NCBI GenBank assembly: GCA_965223155.1
Contig: CBDCVR010000015.1
Coordinates: forward strand, 512,001-576,000
Length of the DNA: 64,000 nt
Source: Candidatus Multivoradales bacterium
GTDB taxonomy: Bacteria; Acidobacteriota; Thermoanaerobaculia; Multivoradales; JAHEKO01
Direction: 5' to 3'
Part shown: positions 17,463 to 26,981 of the stretch, piece after piece
Layout: every line of letters begins with the position of its first letter
Numbering within the stretch: position 1 is the first letter of the stretch
Program-made: the position numbers and the translations under genes
The notes under the pieces: model-generated
The model's input: only the letters and a program-made list of their open reading frames with translations
Database searches by the model: none
Told to the model about the DNA's origin: nothing

Positions 17463-19250
17463 CTAGCCCTCCTGCCCGGACGCCGCGTCGGGCGCGTTCT
17501 GCGGGAAGAAATCGTCCTCCCGGCCGGGAACGCTGTACTCGTACGGGCCGCGGTGCACCACCGGCTCCGACGGAAAGTTGCCGTGCCCCACCGGCGGAGA
17601 CGGCGCCGCCACCCACTCGAGCGTGGTCGCGCCCCAGGGATTGGCGCCGACTTTCTCGCCCTTCTTGATCGACCAGAAGAGATTGATGATGAACGGCACC
17701 TGCGCCGCCAGCAGGCAGAAGGCCGAGATGGACATGAACTCGTTCCAGTGCAAGACCTCCTGGGCGTGAGCGTACTGCTCGCCGCCGTCCCAGAGGCGGC
17801 GCGAGACGCCGGCCAGACCCTGGAGGAACATGGGCATGAAGATGCCATTGATGAACAGGAACGAGGGCCAGAAGTGGAGCTTGCCCAGGAAATCGCTCAT
17901 CTTGCGGCCGGTGATCTTCGGGAACCAGTAGTAGATGCCGGCGAAGATCGCGAAGATCGTGCCCGGCGCCACTACGTAGTGGAAATGCCCGATGACGTAG
18001 TAGGTGTCGTGAAGATGAATATCGGACGCCGACAGGCCCAATGGCAGGCCGGTGAGGCCGCCGATCCCGAACATGGGCAAGAAGGCCAGCGCGAAGAGCA
18101 TCGGTGTCGTAAACCGGATCGAGCCGCCCCAGAGCGAGATCAAGAGTGCCGAGAGGATGACGACCGAAGGCACCGAGATGATCATGGTGGTGGTCTGGAA
18201 GAACGAGCTGATGCTCGTCCCCATCCCGGTCAGGAACATGTGGTGGGCCCAGACGATGAACGACATGAAGCCCAGGAAGATGGACGCGTAGACCATCGAC
18301 TTGTAGCCCCAGAGCGGCTTCCTGGTGTTGTTGGCGATGACCTCGGCGACGATGCCCAGCGCCGGCAGGATCAGGACGTAGACCTCGGGATGGGCCAGGA
18401 ACCAGAAAAGATGCTGCCAGAGAAGCGGGCTGCCGCCGCCGGCGACCTCCAGCACTTCCCCGCTCACCACCAGGCCGGCCGGGCTGAAGAAGCTCGTGCC
18501 CAGCACTCGATCGGCAAGCTGGAAGATGCCCGCGGCCTCGAGCGGCGGAAACGCCAACAGAAGCAGGAACGAAGTCACGAGCTGCGCCCAGACGAAGAAG
18601 GGTAGTCGCATCCAGGTCAGCCCCTTGGCGCGAAGCTGGAAGATGGTCACGATGAAGTTGACCGAGCCCAGAAGCGACGACGTGATCAAGAAGATCATCC
18701 CGACGAGCCACCAGGTCTGCCCCTCGGTGGCGATCGTCGAGAGCGGCGGATAGGAGGTCCAGCCCGAGTTGGCCGCACCGCCGGGAACGAAAAAGCTGGC
18801 CAGCATGATGAGCCCGCCCAGCAGATAGCACCAGTAGCTCGCCATGTTGAGCTTCGGGAAGGCCATGTCCGGCGCGCCGATCTGTAGGGGCACCACGTAG
18901 TTGCCGTAGGCGCCCACCAGGAGCGGCACGACGGCCAGAAAGACCATGATCGTGCCGTGCATGGCACCGAGCTGGTTGTAGAACTCGGGCAGCATGATGC
19001 CGCCGGGAGCGTTGGCGTCGCCCAGAAGCCCTCCCAGAATCGGGATCGCCTTGCCCGGGTACGCCAACTGCCAGCGCATCAGGATCATCAGCCCGAAGCC
19101 GAAGAGCAGGAAGAACAGCGCGGTGAAGGCATACTGGAGGCCGATCACCTTGTGATCCTGGGAGAAGATGTACCTCCGCCAGAACGGCTCCTCGGGATGA
19201 TGATGGTGTTCTTCGTGCGCCTCTTCGGGAGGCTTCTCCAGTACGCTCAT
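17463..19250 (-). CDS. coxA: Heme-copper oxidase subunit I, A1-type (HPEVY), lacking the K-channel Lys
   Basis: DHKVIG, MHGTIM, PDMAFPKLN, GWTSYPPL, WFLAHPEVY, VWAHHMF, HDTYYVIGHFHY, SRR; ORF trimmed to ATG 19250. Confidence 0.95.
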   Translation of the reverse strand: MSVLEKPPEEAHEEHHHHPEEPFWRRYIFSQDHKVIGLQYAFTALFFLLFGFGLMILMRWQLAYPGKAIPILGGLLGDANAPGGIMLPEFYNQLGAMHGTIMVFLAVVPLLVGAYGNYVVPLQIGAPDMAFPKLNMASYWCYLLGGLIMLASFFVPGGAANSGWTSYPPLSTIATEGQTWWLVGMIFLITSSLLGSVNFIVTIFQLRAKGLTWMRLPFFVWAQLVTSFLLLLAFPPLEAAGIFQLADRVLGTSFFSPAGLVVSGEVLEVAGGGSPLLWQHLFWFLAHPEVYVLILPALGIVAEVIANNTRKPLWGYKSMVYASIFLGFMSFIVWAHHMFLTGMGTSISSFFQTTTMIISVPSVVILSALLISLWGGSIRFTTPMLFALAFLPMFGIGGLTGLPLGLSASDIHLHDTYYVIGHFHYVVAPGTIFAIFAGIYYWFPKITGRKMSDFLGKLHFWPSFLFINGIFMPMFLQGLAGVSRRLWDGGEQYAHAQEVLHWNEFMSISAFCLLAAQVPFIINLFWSIKKGEKVGANPWGATTLEWVAAPSPPVGHGNFPSEPVVHRGPYEYSVPGREDDFFPQNAPDAASGQEG

Positions 19251-19343
19251 GCGCAGTCCCTCAGCAGTGGATACAAGTAAAGCAGCAGGGCGGCTCGGAG
19301 CGGCCGCCCCGCGCAAGGTCTGGACTGACCGACATTGGCGCGG

Positions 19344-19372
19344 AGTTTACGATAAGGGTCGGGCCGCGGCAA
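19344..19372 (-). promoter_or_regulatory. Putative sigma70 promoter of cox operon 1
   Basis: Minus strand TTGCCG-N17-TAAACT about 95 bp upstream of the coxA ATG. Confidence 0.55.
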
Positions 19373-19521
19373 GAACACCGGAGGCTTCGAAAGCGGTCGC
19401 TCGGCGCCCGGGGCGGCGGCCGCCGGCCCGAGCCCACTACCCAGGGCGTCGGCGACCGGTCGACAGTGCGGTACGCTCCACCGAGCGGCTTCGAGCTGGC
19501 CGCGTACTAGGAGGGAATGGC

Positions 19522-21180
19522 ATGCCCCACCGGCATCCCCGTCTGCGTCTTCTTCTAATCACAACCGTCCTCGCGGTCGCGCTCGGCGGGATCCAGACCG
19601 GGCCGGTCTGCGGACAGCCCGGGCCGAAGGAACGCTGGCTCCAGATCCAGACCGACCACTTCGAGATCTATTCGAACGCGCCAGAAGGCAAGACCTCCGA
19701 GGTAGCGGACGATCTGCTCGCCCTACGCGAAGCCTTTTCCGCGCTCGGGGTTCGGCTGGAGACCATCCGGCACACGCCGCTGACGCTCGTGCTCTTCAAG
19801 AATCAGGAAGCGTTGGACCCGTACCTGCCCCGACCGGCCGAGCGCGGCAAGATCACCGCCTACTTCGTCCGTACCGGCCCCCACCGTTCTTACGTGCTGC
19901 TGAATGGGATGCTCCGACCCGACGAGCTGCGGCCCATCGCCTATGAAGCCTATTCCCGATTCCTGATCCGGGCCGCCTATCCAGGATTCCCGGACTGGCT
20001 CAGGCGAGGCATGGCCGACCTCTACGGAACGACGACGATCGACAAGAAGGGTCGCATCCGGCTGGGGATGCCCAAGGCGCGGCATCTCGAGACCATCGGC
20101 CGCTACCAACTCATGTCGCTCAAGCACTTCTTGGCCCTCAATCCGGACTCGCTCAGCGACCGTCATCAGCGGGATCTCCACCGCGCCCAGTCCTGGCTCA
20201 TCGCCCATCATCTTGTGATCGGTGGTGGTCCGCTGGCGGGCGCCTTCTTCCAGGGTCTTCTGGACGGCCAGGGCGAGGAAGCGGCGCTTGGCAGCGCCTT
20301 TCAGATGAATCTCGACGCCTTCTCGGATCGACTCGGACAGTACCTCCACGGCGCCACCATGCCCATCGTCACCCACGCGATCGAGGGCTATCAGAAGCCC
20401 AGGGCCGAAGTCCGGTCCCTGGCCCTCGAGGAGGCCACCTACCTCCTGGCCTCCTACCTCGTGAACAGCGGCGGCAAAGCCCCGGCCGAGCTTGTCCGGG
20501 ACCACCTGGAAGCCCTTCCGGATGGTTTTCGACCTGGAGACCGCGCGGCGCTCGGCGGGCAACTGGCCCTCGAAGCCGGCGATCGGGACCGTGCCGGCAC
20601 ACTCTTCGAACAGGCGCTCGCCGCCGGCATTCGCGACGCCATCAACGGCTACAACGCCGCCCGGTACTGGAGAGACAGCGCCTCGGGTCTAGCCCGCGAC
20701 GCTCTGGAGCGCGCCGTGGCCTTGGACGAGGGCTTTACCGCCGCCTGGTCGCAACTGGCGATGCTCTACGACCCGGAGCAAGAGGGCGAGGCTCTGGTCG
20801 AAGCCGCGACCCGCGCCCTCGTGCTCGACCCCGAAAGCGAGGTTCTGGCCTACAACCTGGCCCTCGCGTACCTGAGCCAGAACGATCTGGACGCCGCCCA
20901 GTCCGCCGTAGACCGGTACCTGGCGCGGCCGAGCATGCTTCGCGATCGAGCCCAGGCCGCCATTGCCATGCGCTCCGGTGCGGCCGCTCGCGCCGAACAC
21001 ACCGAGCTCTACAACCAAGCGGTATCGAAAGCGAATGGCGGCGACCGCGAGGGGGCCTGCGCCGCGCTGGCCGCGCTCCTCGCCGAGCCGAGCCTCGGAC
21101 CGAAACTGGCCAAACCGGCACGCGGAATCTTCGACCAGCTCGCCTGCTCCGACCAGCAGCCGGTACCCCGCTACAATTGA
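19522..21180 (+). CDS. Secreted DUF1570/zincin-like domain + TPR protein (metal motif degenerate)
   Basis: Signal peptide; W..IQTDHFEIYSN, P.WL..G.A, YxQSW-like HRAQSWL; C-terminal TPRs; AGGAGG RBS. Confidence 0.7.
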   Translation: MPHRHPRLRLLLITTVLAVALGGIQTGPVCGQPGPKERWLQIQTDHFEIYSNAPEGKTSEVADDLLALREAFSALGVRLETIRHTPLTLVLFKNQEALDPYLPRPAERGKITAYFVRTGPHRSYVLLNGMLRPDELRPIAYEAYSRFLIRAAYPGFPDWLRRGMADLYGTTTIDKKGRIRLGMPKARHLETIGRYQLMSLKHFLALNPDSLSDRHQRDLHRAQSWLIAHHLVIGGGPLAGAFFQGLLDGQGEEAALGSAFQMNLDAFSDRLGQYLHGATMPIVTHAIEGYQKPRAEVRSLALEEATYLLASYLVNSGGKAPAELVRDHLEALPDGFRPGDRAALGGQLALEAGDRDRAGTLFEQALAAGIRDAINGYNAARYWRDSASGLARDALERAVALDEGFTAAWSQLAMLYDPEQEGEALVEAATRALVLDPESEVLAYNLALAYLSQNDLDAAQSAVDRYLARPSMLRDRAQAAIAMRSGAAARAEHTELYNQAVSKANGGDREGACAALAALLAEPSLGPKLAKPARGIFDQLACSDQQPVPRYN

Positions 21181-21186
21181 GGGCTC

Positions 21187-21999
21187 GTGCCCGCCCCAAC
21201 CGCGTCTTTGCCGGACGCCGATCGCAGGACTCGCAAGGACTCACCCGAGCTATCGATCGTCGTTCCTATTTCCAACGAACTCGAGAGTCTCGAGCCTCTG
21301 GTGGACGAGATCGCCGGCGCGATATCCAGAACCCATAACTGGGAGCTGTTGCTAGTGGACGACGGCAGCAGCGATGGCTCACTCGAGCGAATGACGGCTC
21401 TCGCCAAGCGGATCCCGGAGATCCGGATCATCCATCATCCCCAGAACCTGGGCCAGTCCGCAGCTCTAGCATCAGGCTTCGCTCGCGTTCGCGGCCGAAT
21501 CGTGATTACGTTGGACGGCGACCTTCAGAACGATCCTGCCGACATTCCGATGTTGCTGGCGGAGCTTGACGGTTGCGACGTCGTCTGTGGCGTCCGCCGC
21601 CGGCGCCAAGACCGCTGGCCCAAGCGAGCCGCGTCGCGAGTCGCCAACCGCGTCCGCAACTTCGTCACCGGCGAATCGATCGAAGACGTCGGGTGTTCAC
21701 TACGAGCCTACCGCGCCGAGGTGTTGACCGGACTTCGTCCCTTTGACGGGATGCACCGATTCCTGCCGACCCTGCTGAAGCTCAACGGAGCCCGGGTCCG
21801 GCAGCTCCCGGTCAGCCACCGCCCGCGCAGATTCGGCGCCAGCAAGTACGGCATCGCAAACCGGCTTTGCCGCAGCTTGGTAGATCTAGCCGGCGTCGTC
21901 TGGTTACAGCACCGCTGGATCGATCTCTCTCTGGCCCGCGAGATGCCAACAGCCCGGGAACCGGCGCCTTCGCCATCCGTTCACCGCCACCTCGGGTAA
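21187..21999 (+). CDS. GT2 glycosyltransferase (DPM1/ArnC-like polyprenol-phosphate sugar transferase)
   Basis: LSIVVP..NE, VDDGSSDGS, NLGQSAA, LDGDLQNDPADIP, DVGCSLRAYR, MHRFLP, HRPR..SKYG. Confidence 0.9.
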   Translation: MPAPTASLPDADRRTRKDSPELSIVVPISNELESLEPLVDEIAGAISRTHNWELLLVDDGSSDGSLERMTALAKRIPEIRIIHHPQNLGQSAALASGFARVRGRIVITLDGDLQNDPADIPMLLAELDGCDVVCGVRRRRQDRWPKRAASRVANRVRNFVTGESIEDVGCSLRAYRAEVLTGLRPFDGMHRFLPTLLKLNGARVRQLPVSHRPRRFGASKYGIANRLCRSLVDLAGVVWLQHRWIDLSLAREMPTAREPAPSPSVHRHLG

Positions 22000-22009
22000 A
22001 CCCCACGAA

Positions 22010-22312
22010 ATGGAGTCGCAAATGTCGTCCGACCCCTACTGGCTCTCCATCGGCTTTGCCGGACAGGCGTGCTTCTTCACCAGATTCCTGGTGCAATGGA
22101 TTGCCTCGGAACGGCAGAGACAAAGTGTCATTCCGGTGGCCTTCTGGTACTTGAGTCTCGTCGGGGGATTGACGCTACTCGCCTACGCAATTCACCGGCG
22201 TGACCCAGTCTTCATCGCCGGGCAGGCAGTGGGCTTCTTGGTCTACAGCCGCAATCTCTGGTTTCTCCGTCGCGATCAAGGCGCGGCAACGGAGACAGCG
22301 GCGCGATCCTAG
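22010..22312 (+). CDS. Lipid-A-disaccharide synthase N-terminal domain (LAB_N) membrane protein
   Basis: GFAGQACFFTRFLVQWIASE..SVIPVAFWYLSLVGG..YAI...DPVFIAGQ..YSRNL. Confidence 0.88.
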   Translation: MESQMSSDPYWLSIGFAGQACFFTRFLVQWIASERQRQSVIPVAFWYLSLVGGLTLLAYAIHRRDPVFIAGQAVGFLVYSRNLWFLRRDQGAATETAARS

Positions 22313-22316
22313 CCGC

Positions 22317-23477
22317 TTACTCGAGCGCTCGATCCAGATCTTCCAGAAGCTCGTCCAAGTCCTCGATTCCTACCGACATGCGCACCAGATCGGAAGTGAT
22401 CTCGAGGGCGACGCGCTGCTCATCGGCAAGCCCGAAGTGCGAACTTCGCGCGGGGCGTACCACCAAGCTCTCGAGCCCGCCCAGGCTGGCCGCGTGGAGC
22501 GGGATTCGGACCCTGTCCAAGAACCGCTCAGCCGCCTCTTCGCCGCCCAGATAGAACGACAGCATGCCCGAGTACCCGGTGAAGAGCTCGCTGGCGAAGC
22601 CGTGCCCCGGATCGGAAGGGAGTCCGGGGTAGCGAACCCGCGCCACGGCGGAATGCTCATCCAGAAAGCGAGCCACGGCCAGCCCGTTCCGGTTGTGCCG
22701 CTCGACCCGCAGCGCCAGCGTCTTGAGTCCCCGTTCCAGCAGGAAGCAGGCGTGGGCGTCCGCCGAGCCTCCGGTGTGGATGAGCAGGCCGCGCACCCGA
22801 TCGACGGTATCGGCCGAACCGACCACCACTCCGGCGACCAGATCGCTGTGCCCGTTGAGGTACTTCGAAGCGCTGTGGAGGACGACGTCGAAACCGATCT
22901 CGAGCGGCCGGAAGTTGACCGGGGTCGCAAAGGTGTTGTCGATGACCGAGACCAGGCCGTGCTCGCGAGCGAAGCGGGCCACGGCCGTCAGATCACCGAC
23001 GCCCATGAGCGGGTTCGAGATGGCCTCGACGTAGACCAGCCGGGTCTCGTCCCGAAGCGCTTCCTTCCAGGTCTCGGGCCGAGCGACGTCGATTGACGTG
23101 TGCTCGATGCCGAACCGGGAGGCATCGTGGTCCAGGAAGCCCTGGGTGCCCCCGTAGAGGGCATTCTGCGCCAGCACGTGGTCGCCCCGGCCGGCGAAGG
23201 CCAGGATGGTCGTGGAGATCGCGGCCATGCCGCTGGCGGTGACCAGGCCCGCCTCGCCGCCTTCGATCGCCGCCAAGCGCTTGTGCAGCTGCCGGTGAGT
23301 CGGCGAGTTGGACAGCCGCAAGTAGCGAATCTCGTCGTAGGCGGCCTCATCTTCCATCAGATAGTTGGCGGTCTGAAAGATGGGTGAGACCACCGCGCCT
23401 CCCGTCCGCGGCCGCGGAGCCCCGGCGTGCACGAGATTCGTCGCCAGTGTCTTGAATCGTCCAGTGGAATCGGTCAT
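22317..23477 (-). CDS. PLP-dependent trans-sulfuration enzyme (cystathionine gamma-synthase/lyase, methionine gamma-lyase family)
   Basis: PIFQTANY, ASGMAA, LYGGT, SNP, DNTFATP, HSASKYLNGHSD (PLP Lys), SLGGLESL, RMSVGIED. Confidence 0.9.
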   Translation of the reverse strand: MTDSTGRFKTLATNLVHAGAPRPRTGGAVVSPIFQTANYLMEDEAAYDEIRYLRLSNSPTHRQLHKRLAAIEGGEAGLVTASGMAAISTTILAFAGRGDHVLAQNALYGGTQGFLDHDASRFGIEHTSIDVARPETWKEALRDETRLVYVEAISNPLMGVGDLTAVARFAREHGLVSVIDNTFATPVNFRPLEIGFDVVLHSASKYLNGHSDLVAGVVVGSADTVDRVRGLLIHTGGSADAHACFLLERGLKTLALRVERHNRNGLAVARFLDEHSAVARVRYPGLPSDPGHGFASELFTGYSGMLSFYLGGEEAAERFLDRVRIPLHAASLGGLESLVVRPARSSHFGLADEQRVALEITSDLVRMSVGIEDLDELLEDLDRALE

Positions 23478-23544
23478 GGCAGGGCCCTCCAAGAGATAGT
23501 CAGCCGGTCGTTCGCACGACCGTCTTGACTTCTACCACGAGCCG

Positions 23545-24483
23545 CTAGGTCAAGCGATCCAGCAACAACCCGGCAAAAAGCGCGGGCAGGTAGAGCACTG
23601 AAACGAGCATGAGCCGGCGCGCGCTGGCCCGCTCGGGGGCGCGGGCGAAGGACACGGTAGCGGCCAGGAAGACGGCACCCAGAGCCAGAGCGCCCAGGAG
23701 ATACCCGCTGCCGGCGAGGCCCAGCGCTGTCGGCAGGAGGCTTACCGGCAGCAAGGCCACCGCGTACATCAGAGCCTGGCGCGAGGTCGACTTGCCGTCC
23801 GGGTGAATGACCGGGAGCATCGGGAAGCCGGCCCGCGCGTAGTCGTGCCGGCACAGCCACGCGATCGCCAGAAAATGCGGCAGTTGCCAAAGAAACAGGA
23901 TGGCAAAGAGCGCCCACGCGCCGGCGCCGAGCGCGCCTCGAGCCGCAGTCCAGCCCATGACCGGCGGCAGCGCCCCGGGCACCGCGCCCACCAAGGTCGC
24001 CAGCGAAGACACCCGCTTGAGCGGGGTATAGACCCAGACGTAGCTGACGAAGGCCAAGACCGCCAGACCCGCGGTCAGCGTATTGACCCAGAACCAGAGG
24101 GCGAGGACCCCAAAGCTTCCGGCAGAGACGCCCAGCGCCATCGCCCAGCCCGGACTCAGCCGACCGGCGGGCAGCGGCCGGTCGCGGGTCCGTTCCATCT
24201 TGGCGTCCAGATGGCGCTCGCCGTGGTGGTTGAGCGCCGACGCGCCCGCCGAGACCAGCGCCGTCCCCACGACCGTCCACACCAGCCGCGGCCAGTCGAT
24301 CTCGGCTCTCGAACCCAGGACGAAGCCCATCGCCGCGGTTACGGCGACCAGGAACGTGATTCGGGGCTTGGTGAGCTGATAGAAATCCCAGGCCCGGCCC
24401 CGGTCGTCTTGACTCGGGTCTGTCGGGCTCGGGTCTGTCGGGCTCAAGCCGGGCCGATCCGGATCGTCGGCGCGATCGCTCAC
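23545..24483 (-). CDS. ctaB: Protoheme IX farnesyltransferase (heme O synthase)
   Basis: LTKPRI, DAKMERTRDRPLP, YTPLKR, GAVPGALPPVMGW, WQLPHF, DYARAGFPMLP. Confidence 0.95.
   Translation of the reverse strand: MSDRADDPDRPGLSPTDPSPTDPSQDDRGRAWDFYQLTKPRITFLVAVTAAMGFVLGSRAEIDWPRLVWTVVGTALVSAGASALNHHGERHLDAKMERTRDRPLPAGRLSPGWAMALGVSAGSFGVLALWFWVNTLTAGLAVLAFVSYVWVYTPLKRVSSLATLVGAVPGALPPVMGWTAARGALGAGAWALFAILFLWQLPHFLAIAWLCRHDYARAGFPMLPVIHPDGKSTSRQALMYAVALLPVSLLPTALGLAGSGYLLGALALGAVFLAATVSFARAPERASARRLMLVSVLYLPALFAGLLLDRLT
24413..24445. repeat. 15-bp tandem duplication in the 5' end of ctaB (SPTDP x2)
   Basis: ctcgggtctgtcggg repeated twice. Confidence 0.6.
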
Positions 24484-25490
24484 GACGCCGCTTCCTGGCC
24501 CAGAGCTTCCGGCAGAGACGCCGCCGACGCGGCCGGCTCCCGGCCAAGCCGCCCGGCGGCCAAGGCCAGGATCAAGCAGGTCGCCAGGATCGCCGCTCCG
24601 GTCGCCACGTGCGCGGTGTTGGGCACAACGGCCTTGCCGGTTAGAACCACGGTGGCGCCGAGCGTGATCTGGGCGACGACCAAGACGCCCAGGGCGTAAC
24701 CCGGCAGCCGCACCACCGGCACCACGATGCCGCTTCGCGCCACCCGGTACACGCAGACCGCGATCGCCGCCGTCACCACCACGGCACCGATCCTGTGGGC
24801 AAAGTGGATCGCGATCGGAAAGTCGAAGCTCGGCGGGATCAGGCGGCCGAAAGCCAGAGGGAAATCCGGGATCGCGAGACCGGCACCGCTATGGCGCATG
24901 ACCGCTCCCAGCAGAATCTGGACGTACACCAGCCCGGTAGCCGCCGCGGCGGCCTGGAACACGGGACGCGCCCGCCGATCCAGCCGCGGCGGCCGACGCC
25001 ACCAGCTCGAAGTCGTGACCGCCATCGTCACGCACAGGCAGAAAAAGATCTGGGCCAATCCGGCATGGCTGACCGAGATCGGGGTGGGCAGAAAGTAGAG
25101 CACGGTCAAGCCGCCGAGGAGCGCCTGGGTGAGTACTGCCGCAACCGCGCCGTAGCTGAGCCGCCGCAGCCAGACCCGCGGCTCGCGGCGAGCCATGGAC
25201 ACCGCCAGCCCAACCGTCAACAGCGCCACGGTGCCGGCGATCAGGCGGTGGCCGTGCTCGGCACGCACGTTGGCGATTTGCCACCAACGGGGAGGATTGA
25301 GCGAGCCGTAAGACAGCGGCCAGTCCGGGACCGAGAGCCCGGCCTCGCGGCTGGTGACGAGGGCTCCGGCCGAGATCAGCAACAGCACCAGGCACGCCAG
25401 CGCCGTTGCGTAGCGGTGTAGCCACGTCGGCGTGTGCCCGGCTACGGTCTCCTCACCGCCTGGATCACCGGAGCGAACGTTGCGGCTCAT
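24480..25490 (-). CDS. ctaA: Heme A synthase (COX15/CtaA)
   Basis: GALVTS..AGLSVPDWP, EHGHR, SVSH, QILLGAVMRH, HFAHR, TAHV; eight TM helices; overlaps the ctaB start. Confidence 0.9.
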   Translation of the reverse strand: MSRNVRSGDPGGEETVAGHTPTWLHRYATALACLVLLLISAGALVTSREAGLSVPDWPLSYGSLNPPRWWQIANVRAEHGHRLIAGTVALLTVGLAVSMARREPRVWLRRLSYGAVAAVLTQALLGGLTVLYFLPTPISVSHAGLAQIFFCLCVTMAVTTSSWWRRPPRLDRRARPVFQAAAAATGLVYVQILLGAVMRHSGAGLAIPDFPLAFGRLIPPSFDFPIAIHFAHRIGAVVVTAAIAVCVYRVARSGIVVPVVRLPGYALGVLVVAQITLGATVVLTGKAVVPNTAHVATGAAILATCLILALAAGRLGREPAASAASLPEALGQEAAS

Positions 25491-25571
25491 CGATTCAGTG
25501 TACCGGCTTTTGGCGGCATTTGGCGGCACCCGCGCCCCCCGGCGGGCTCGTTACGCCGAGCCTGAACATGA

Positions 25572-25580
25572 TGTTACTAT
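25572..25580 (+). promoter_or_regulatory. Putative extended -10 promoter (TG-T-TACTAT) of the mscS-FHA/kinase operon
   Basis: TGnTAnnnT match in an AT-richer patch about 75 bp upstream of GTG 25656. Confidence 0.45.
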
Positions 25581-25655
25581 CCGCCTTTCACTCAGGCGCT
25601 GAACACCGGGCGGGAGTGGACCCGATATGGTGACTCGCAACAACGGAGCGAAGCA

Positions 25656-26981
25656 GTGAGTCTGACCCTGGCGATCTTGGCCGGGCTGGCGACAGCTGCG
25701 GTTCTCTGGTTTCTGATCCGGCTGGCGACCCAGCGGAGCAAGCTCGCCCGCAGCCTGGCCTTCCCGCTCCACGTCGGTGCCTTCGTCGCCGGCCTCGAGG
25801 TCTTCTCGCTGTTCGAGATCCCGAGAGTGCGGGCGGCCGTCCCGCAACTGGATCTCGTCTTGTCGGCGGTCTTCGTTTTCTTGATCGCGGTGGTGGCGCT
25901 CCGGTTGCTGGCTCTCCTCTTCTTCGATCTCTACCTGCATGCGACCCAAGGCGTGCGGTTGCCACCCCTGCTGCCGCGAGTGGTCACCGGCTTCGCCTAC
26001 CTGATCGGCGCCCTGGTGGTAGTCAAGCTCTTCTGGCCCGAACAAGAGATGGGCGCCCTGGTCGCCACCAGCGCGGTTACTTCTCTGGTCCTGGGTCTCG
26101 CGCTGCAACCGATTCTGGGGAACTTCTTCGCCGGCATCGTAATCAGCCTGGAGAAGCCCTTCCGGATCAACGACTGGATCCTGTTTCAGGACACCGAGGC
26201 CCGGGTGGTCGAGATCAACTGGCGCACCACGCACCTGCGCACCCGCGACAACGACAATCTGGTGATCCCGAACGGGATGATCGCCAACGAGCAGATCACC
26301 AACTTCTTCTATCCCCATCCCCTGCACCTGGAACGGATCTACGTCGGGGTCCACTACAAGACGCCTCCGTACCGGGTCAAGCAAGCGATCCTGGACGCCA
26401 TCGCCGAGGTTCCGAGCATCCTCGAAAAGCCGTCGCCGGAGGTCTATCTCCACTCCTTCGACGACAGCGCCATCACCTACGAGGTCCGCATCTGGATCGA
26501 GGACATTGCCCACCGACCCCGCATCTCGAGTCATCTCAAGAGCATGATCTGGGAGAAGTTCCAGCGCCGGCACATCACCATCCCGTATCCCATTCGGACC
26601 CTGGAGATCGAGCCCGCCCGCGGCCAGCTTGAACTGGTGCGGGGGCAGCGCCGGCAGATCGACGAGATCGGCGAAACCGCCTTCCCGGCCAAGCTCTTCG
26701 TCGCCCGCGGTCCCGATCGCGGCCGCACCGTCGCCTTGCGGGGAACGGACGTCACCGTCGGACGGTCCGGCGAATCGGATCTAGTCCTGACCGAGGCCCG
26801 GGCCAGCGGCAACCACTTTTCCGTCGTCTGGCAGCCGGAGATAGGGTACGAGATCCAGGACAACGAAAGCCGCAACGGCACCCTAGTCAACGAACAGCCG
26901 ATCGAGACCCAGGTGCTCGCGCACCTCGACCGCGTCCAGATCGGCGAAACCGTCATCGTCTTCGAGTCGAGCCATGTCTGA
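25656..26981 (+). CDS. MscS-family mechanosensitive channel fused to a C-terminal FHA domain
   Basis: MscS core: VLGLALQPILGNFFAGI..EKPFRINDWI..V.EINWRTT..IPNG..ITIPYP. FHA: VTVGR..S.NH..D.ESRNGTLVN..DRVQIGET. Confidence 0.9.
   Translation: MSLTLAILAGLATAAVLWFLIRLATQRSKLARSLAFPLHVGAFVAGLEVFSLFEIPRVRAAVPQLDLVLSAVFVFLIAVVALRLLALLFFDLYLHATQGVRLPPLLPRVVTGFAYLIGALVVVKLFWPEQEMGALVATSAVTSLVLGLALQPILGNFFAGIVISLEKPFRINDWILFQDTEARVVEINWRTTHLRTRDNDNLVIPNGMIANEQITNFFYPHPLHLERIYVGVHYKTPPYRVKQAILDAIAEVPSILEKPSPEVYLHSFDDSAITYEVRIWIEDIAHRPRISSHLKSMIWEKFQRRHITIPYPIRTLEIEPARGQLELVRGQRRQIDEIGETAFPAKLFVARGPDRGRTVALRGTDVTVGRSGESDLVLTEARASGNHFSVVWQPEIGYEIQDNESRNGTLVNEQPIETQVLAHLDRVQIGETVIVFESSHV

Noticed and set aside
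16486-18831. 781-aa alternative-frame ORF over coxA/coxC, and similar long Arg/Pro-rich or antisense ORFs (42053-44071, 44105-46270, 30558-32126, 62020-63672)
   Set aside because: They overlap well-supported genes and have low-complexity translations.
17463-19250. Subunit I as a nitric oxide reductase
   Set aside because: It keeps the HPEVY cross-link Tyr and the D channel, and has A-family subunits II, III and IV.
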